Assembly: GCA_965208905.1 (NCBI GenBank)
Contig: OZ242365.1
Span: forward strand, 448,001 to 512,000
Direction of reading: 5' to 3'
Length of the DNA stretch: 64,000 bases
DNA from: Nitrosopumilaceae archaeon
GTDB taxonomy: Archaea > Thermoproteota > Nitrososphaeria > Nitrososphaerales > Nitrosopumilaceae
The notes under the pieces are model-generated. The model made no database searches, was not told where the DNA came from, and saw only the letters and a program-made list of their open reading frames with translations. Shown in pieces: positions 62,871 to 64,000 of this stretch (positions within the stretch are counted from its first letter, which is position 1; every line of letters starts with the position of its first letter). Position numbers and translations under genes: made by a program.

Positions 62871-63674
62871 GTGTATATTATGTTAGATGATGTAGAGTTT
62901 CCCGCACCTGGAGAAGTCGTACTAGCAACCGTCGTCAAGATAATAGACCAGGGAGCATACGTCACTTTAGATGAGTACAACAACATACAAGGCTTTCTTC
63001 ACACACAAGAAATAGCTCCTGGCTGGATTAAGGCCATAAATCGCTACGTCAAAAAGGGTGAAAAGAAGGTACTTCGTGTCAAAAAAATTAATCCCGGGCG
63101 GGGAGATATAGATTTATCATTAAAGCAGATCACCAACGACCAACGAAAGAAGAAGCTTCGTGAGATAAAACGGTACGAAAAGGGGCAGACATTGCTAGCT
63201 AATGTGGCGGAGAGGGCATCCCTGACCGATGACCAAGTTGTAGAACTAGAGAACAGACTGTACAAGAGGTTCGACGCCATATATGATGCATTTTTGAATG
63301 TGGCCCAACAGGGTACTGATGCATTACAGGGTACAGAGATATCAAAAGACATTATTGATGCCATACAAGATGTATGCTCAAAGATAAAACTGCCAACAGT
63401 GGAGATTCGGGGAGTCATGGAGTTGACCTGTAACAAGTCTGATGGTGTGGTCAGAATCAAAGAGATACTTACAGATTTAGATAAACGATATGCTGGTAGT
63501 AATATCACATATCTGGGGGCTCCCAAGTACAGGGTGGCCATCACCGCGGGTGATTTTAAATTTGCCGAGAAGATGCTAAAGCCCATTATATCCGAGATAA
63601 AGGGCGGGATTGAAAAGAGTGGGGGAACTTTCTCATTCGCCCGCGAAGAGTCAAAGAAGAATCGGGAGGACTAA
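62871..63674 (+). CDS. eif2a: Translation initiation factor 2 subunit alpha
   Basis: S1 domain GAYVTLDEY, IDLSLK, YLGAPKYR. Confidence 0.94.
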   Translation: MYIMLDDVEFPAPGEVVLATVVKIIDQGAYVTLDEYNNIQGFLHTQEIAPGWIKAINRYVKKGEKKVLRVKKINPGRGDIDLSLKQITNDQRKKKLREIKRYEKGQTLLANVAERASLTDDQVVELENRLYKRFDAIYDAFLNVAQQGTDALQGTEISKDIIDAIQDVCSKIKLPTVEIRGVMELTCNKSDGVVRIKEILTDLDKRYAGSNITYLGAPKYRVAITAGDFKFAEKMLKPIISEIKGGIEKSGGTFSFAREESKKNRED

Positions 63675-63675
63675 G

Positions 63676-63837
63676 ATGCGGTTTCAGCTCAGGCGATGTA
63701 TTGAATGCTACATGTACACGATTAGAGGGAGCTGTTGCAACTGTGGGGGCGATGCGCCTCTTGCGCATCCTGCCAAATTCTCTCCTGATGACAAGTATCG
63801 TCGATACAGACTACCGTCTAGATACGATGATAGTTAG
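63676..63837 (+). CDS. nop10: Nop10 H/ACA RNP protein
   Basis: CIEC..YT...C..CGG...AHPAKFSPDDKYRRYR, directly downstream of eIF2-alpha. Confidence 0.92.
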   Translation: MRFQLRRCIECYMYTIRGSCCNCGGDAPLAHPAKFSPDDKYRRYRLPSRYDDS

Positions 63838-63839
63838 TG

Positions 63840-64000
63840 TTATTCAGGGATATAGTCCTGATTTACCTCATAGATGAGAATTCCAAAGACTATACGGTCC
63901 ATGTCATTCTCAAAACTAGGTGACGCATAGGCCAATCTGAGGGGACCATCCCCATCTGCCGGATACTTTATGTTCTTTGTGTATATGGTGATTGTCCCGT
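63840..64000 (-). CDS. 3' end of a gene entering from outside the window, possibly AglB/STT3 oligosaccharyltransferase
   Basis: Open frame ...NIKYPADGDGPLRLAYASPSF...ILIYEVNQDYIPE*; family call from memory only. Confidence 0.45.
   Translation of the reverse strand, partial: GTITIYTKNIKYPADGDGPLRLAYASPSFENDMDRIVFGILIYEVNQDYIPE

Overview
Chromosomal window from an ammonia-oxidising archaeon (Nitrosopumilaceae/Cenarchaeum-like; host-associated lifestyle is inferred from the repeat-rich surface proteins). The core backbone carries pyrI, A-type ATP synthase (K,D,B,A,E / I / C), amt, an ABC1 kinase, Hsp20, tRNA-Lys(UUU), cdc48, gatD, gatE, tetraether synthase, TrmB, DtxR, pelota, CutA, an S2P protease, eIF2-alpha and Nop10. 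Three non-core structures stand out. (1) A 1466-bp element (8071-9536) encodes only a TnpB with intact catalytic residues, yet is bounded by 24-bp perfect terminal inverted repeats and an 8-bp target-site duplication. That is the anatomy of a DDE-type transposon, not IS200/IS605 or IS607. A decayed second tnpB abuts a related TIR at 56869-56902. (2) Four apparently identical 171-bp MITEs (30-bp TIRs) have 8-bp flanks that pair up exactly as expected if a ~18.9-kb circular, integrase-less plasmid/virus-like replicon (22173-41409) was captured by MITE-mediated cointegration and then partly inverted. Rejoining the pieces restores two interrupted ORFs, co-orients nearly all genes and rebuilds a candidate origin. 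(3) The surrounding island (about 18.4-48.5 kb, ending at tRNA-Lys) encodes unusual secreted fusion proteins. All family calls come from motif recognition by eye; no database searches were run.
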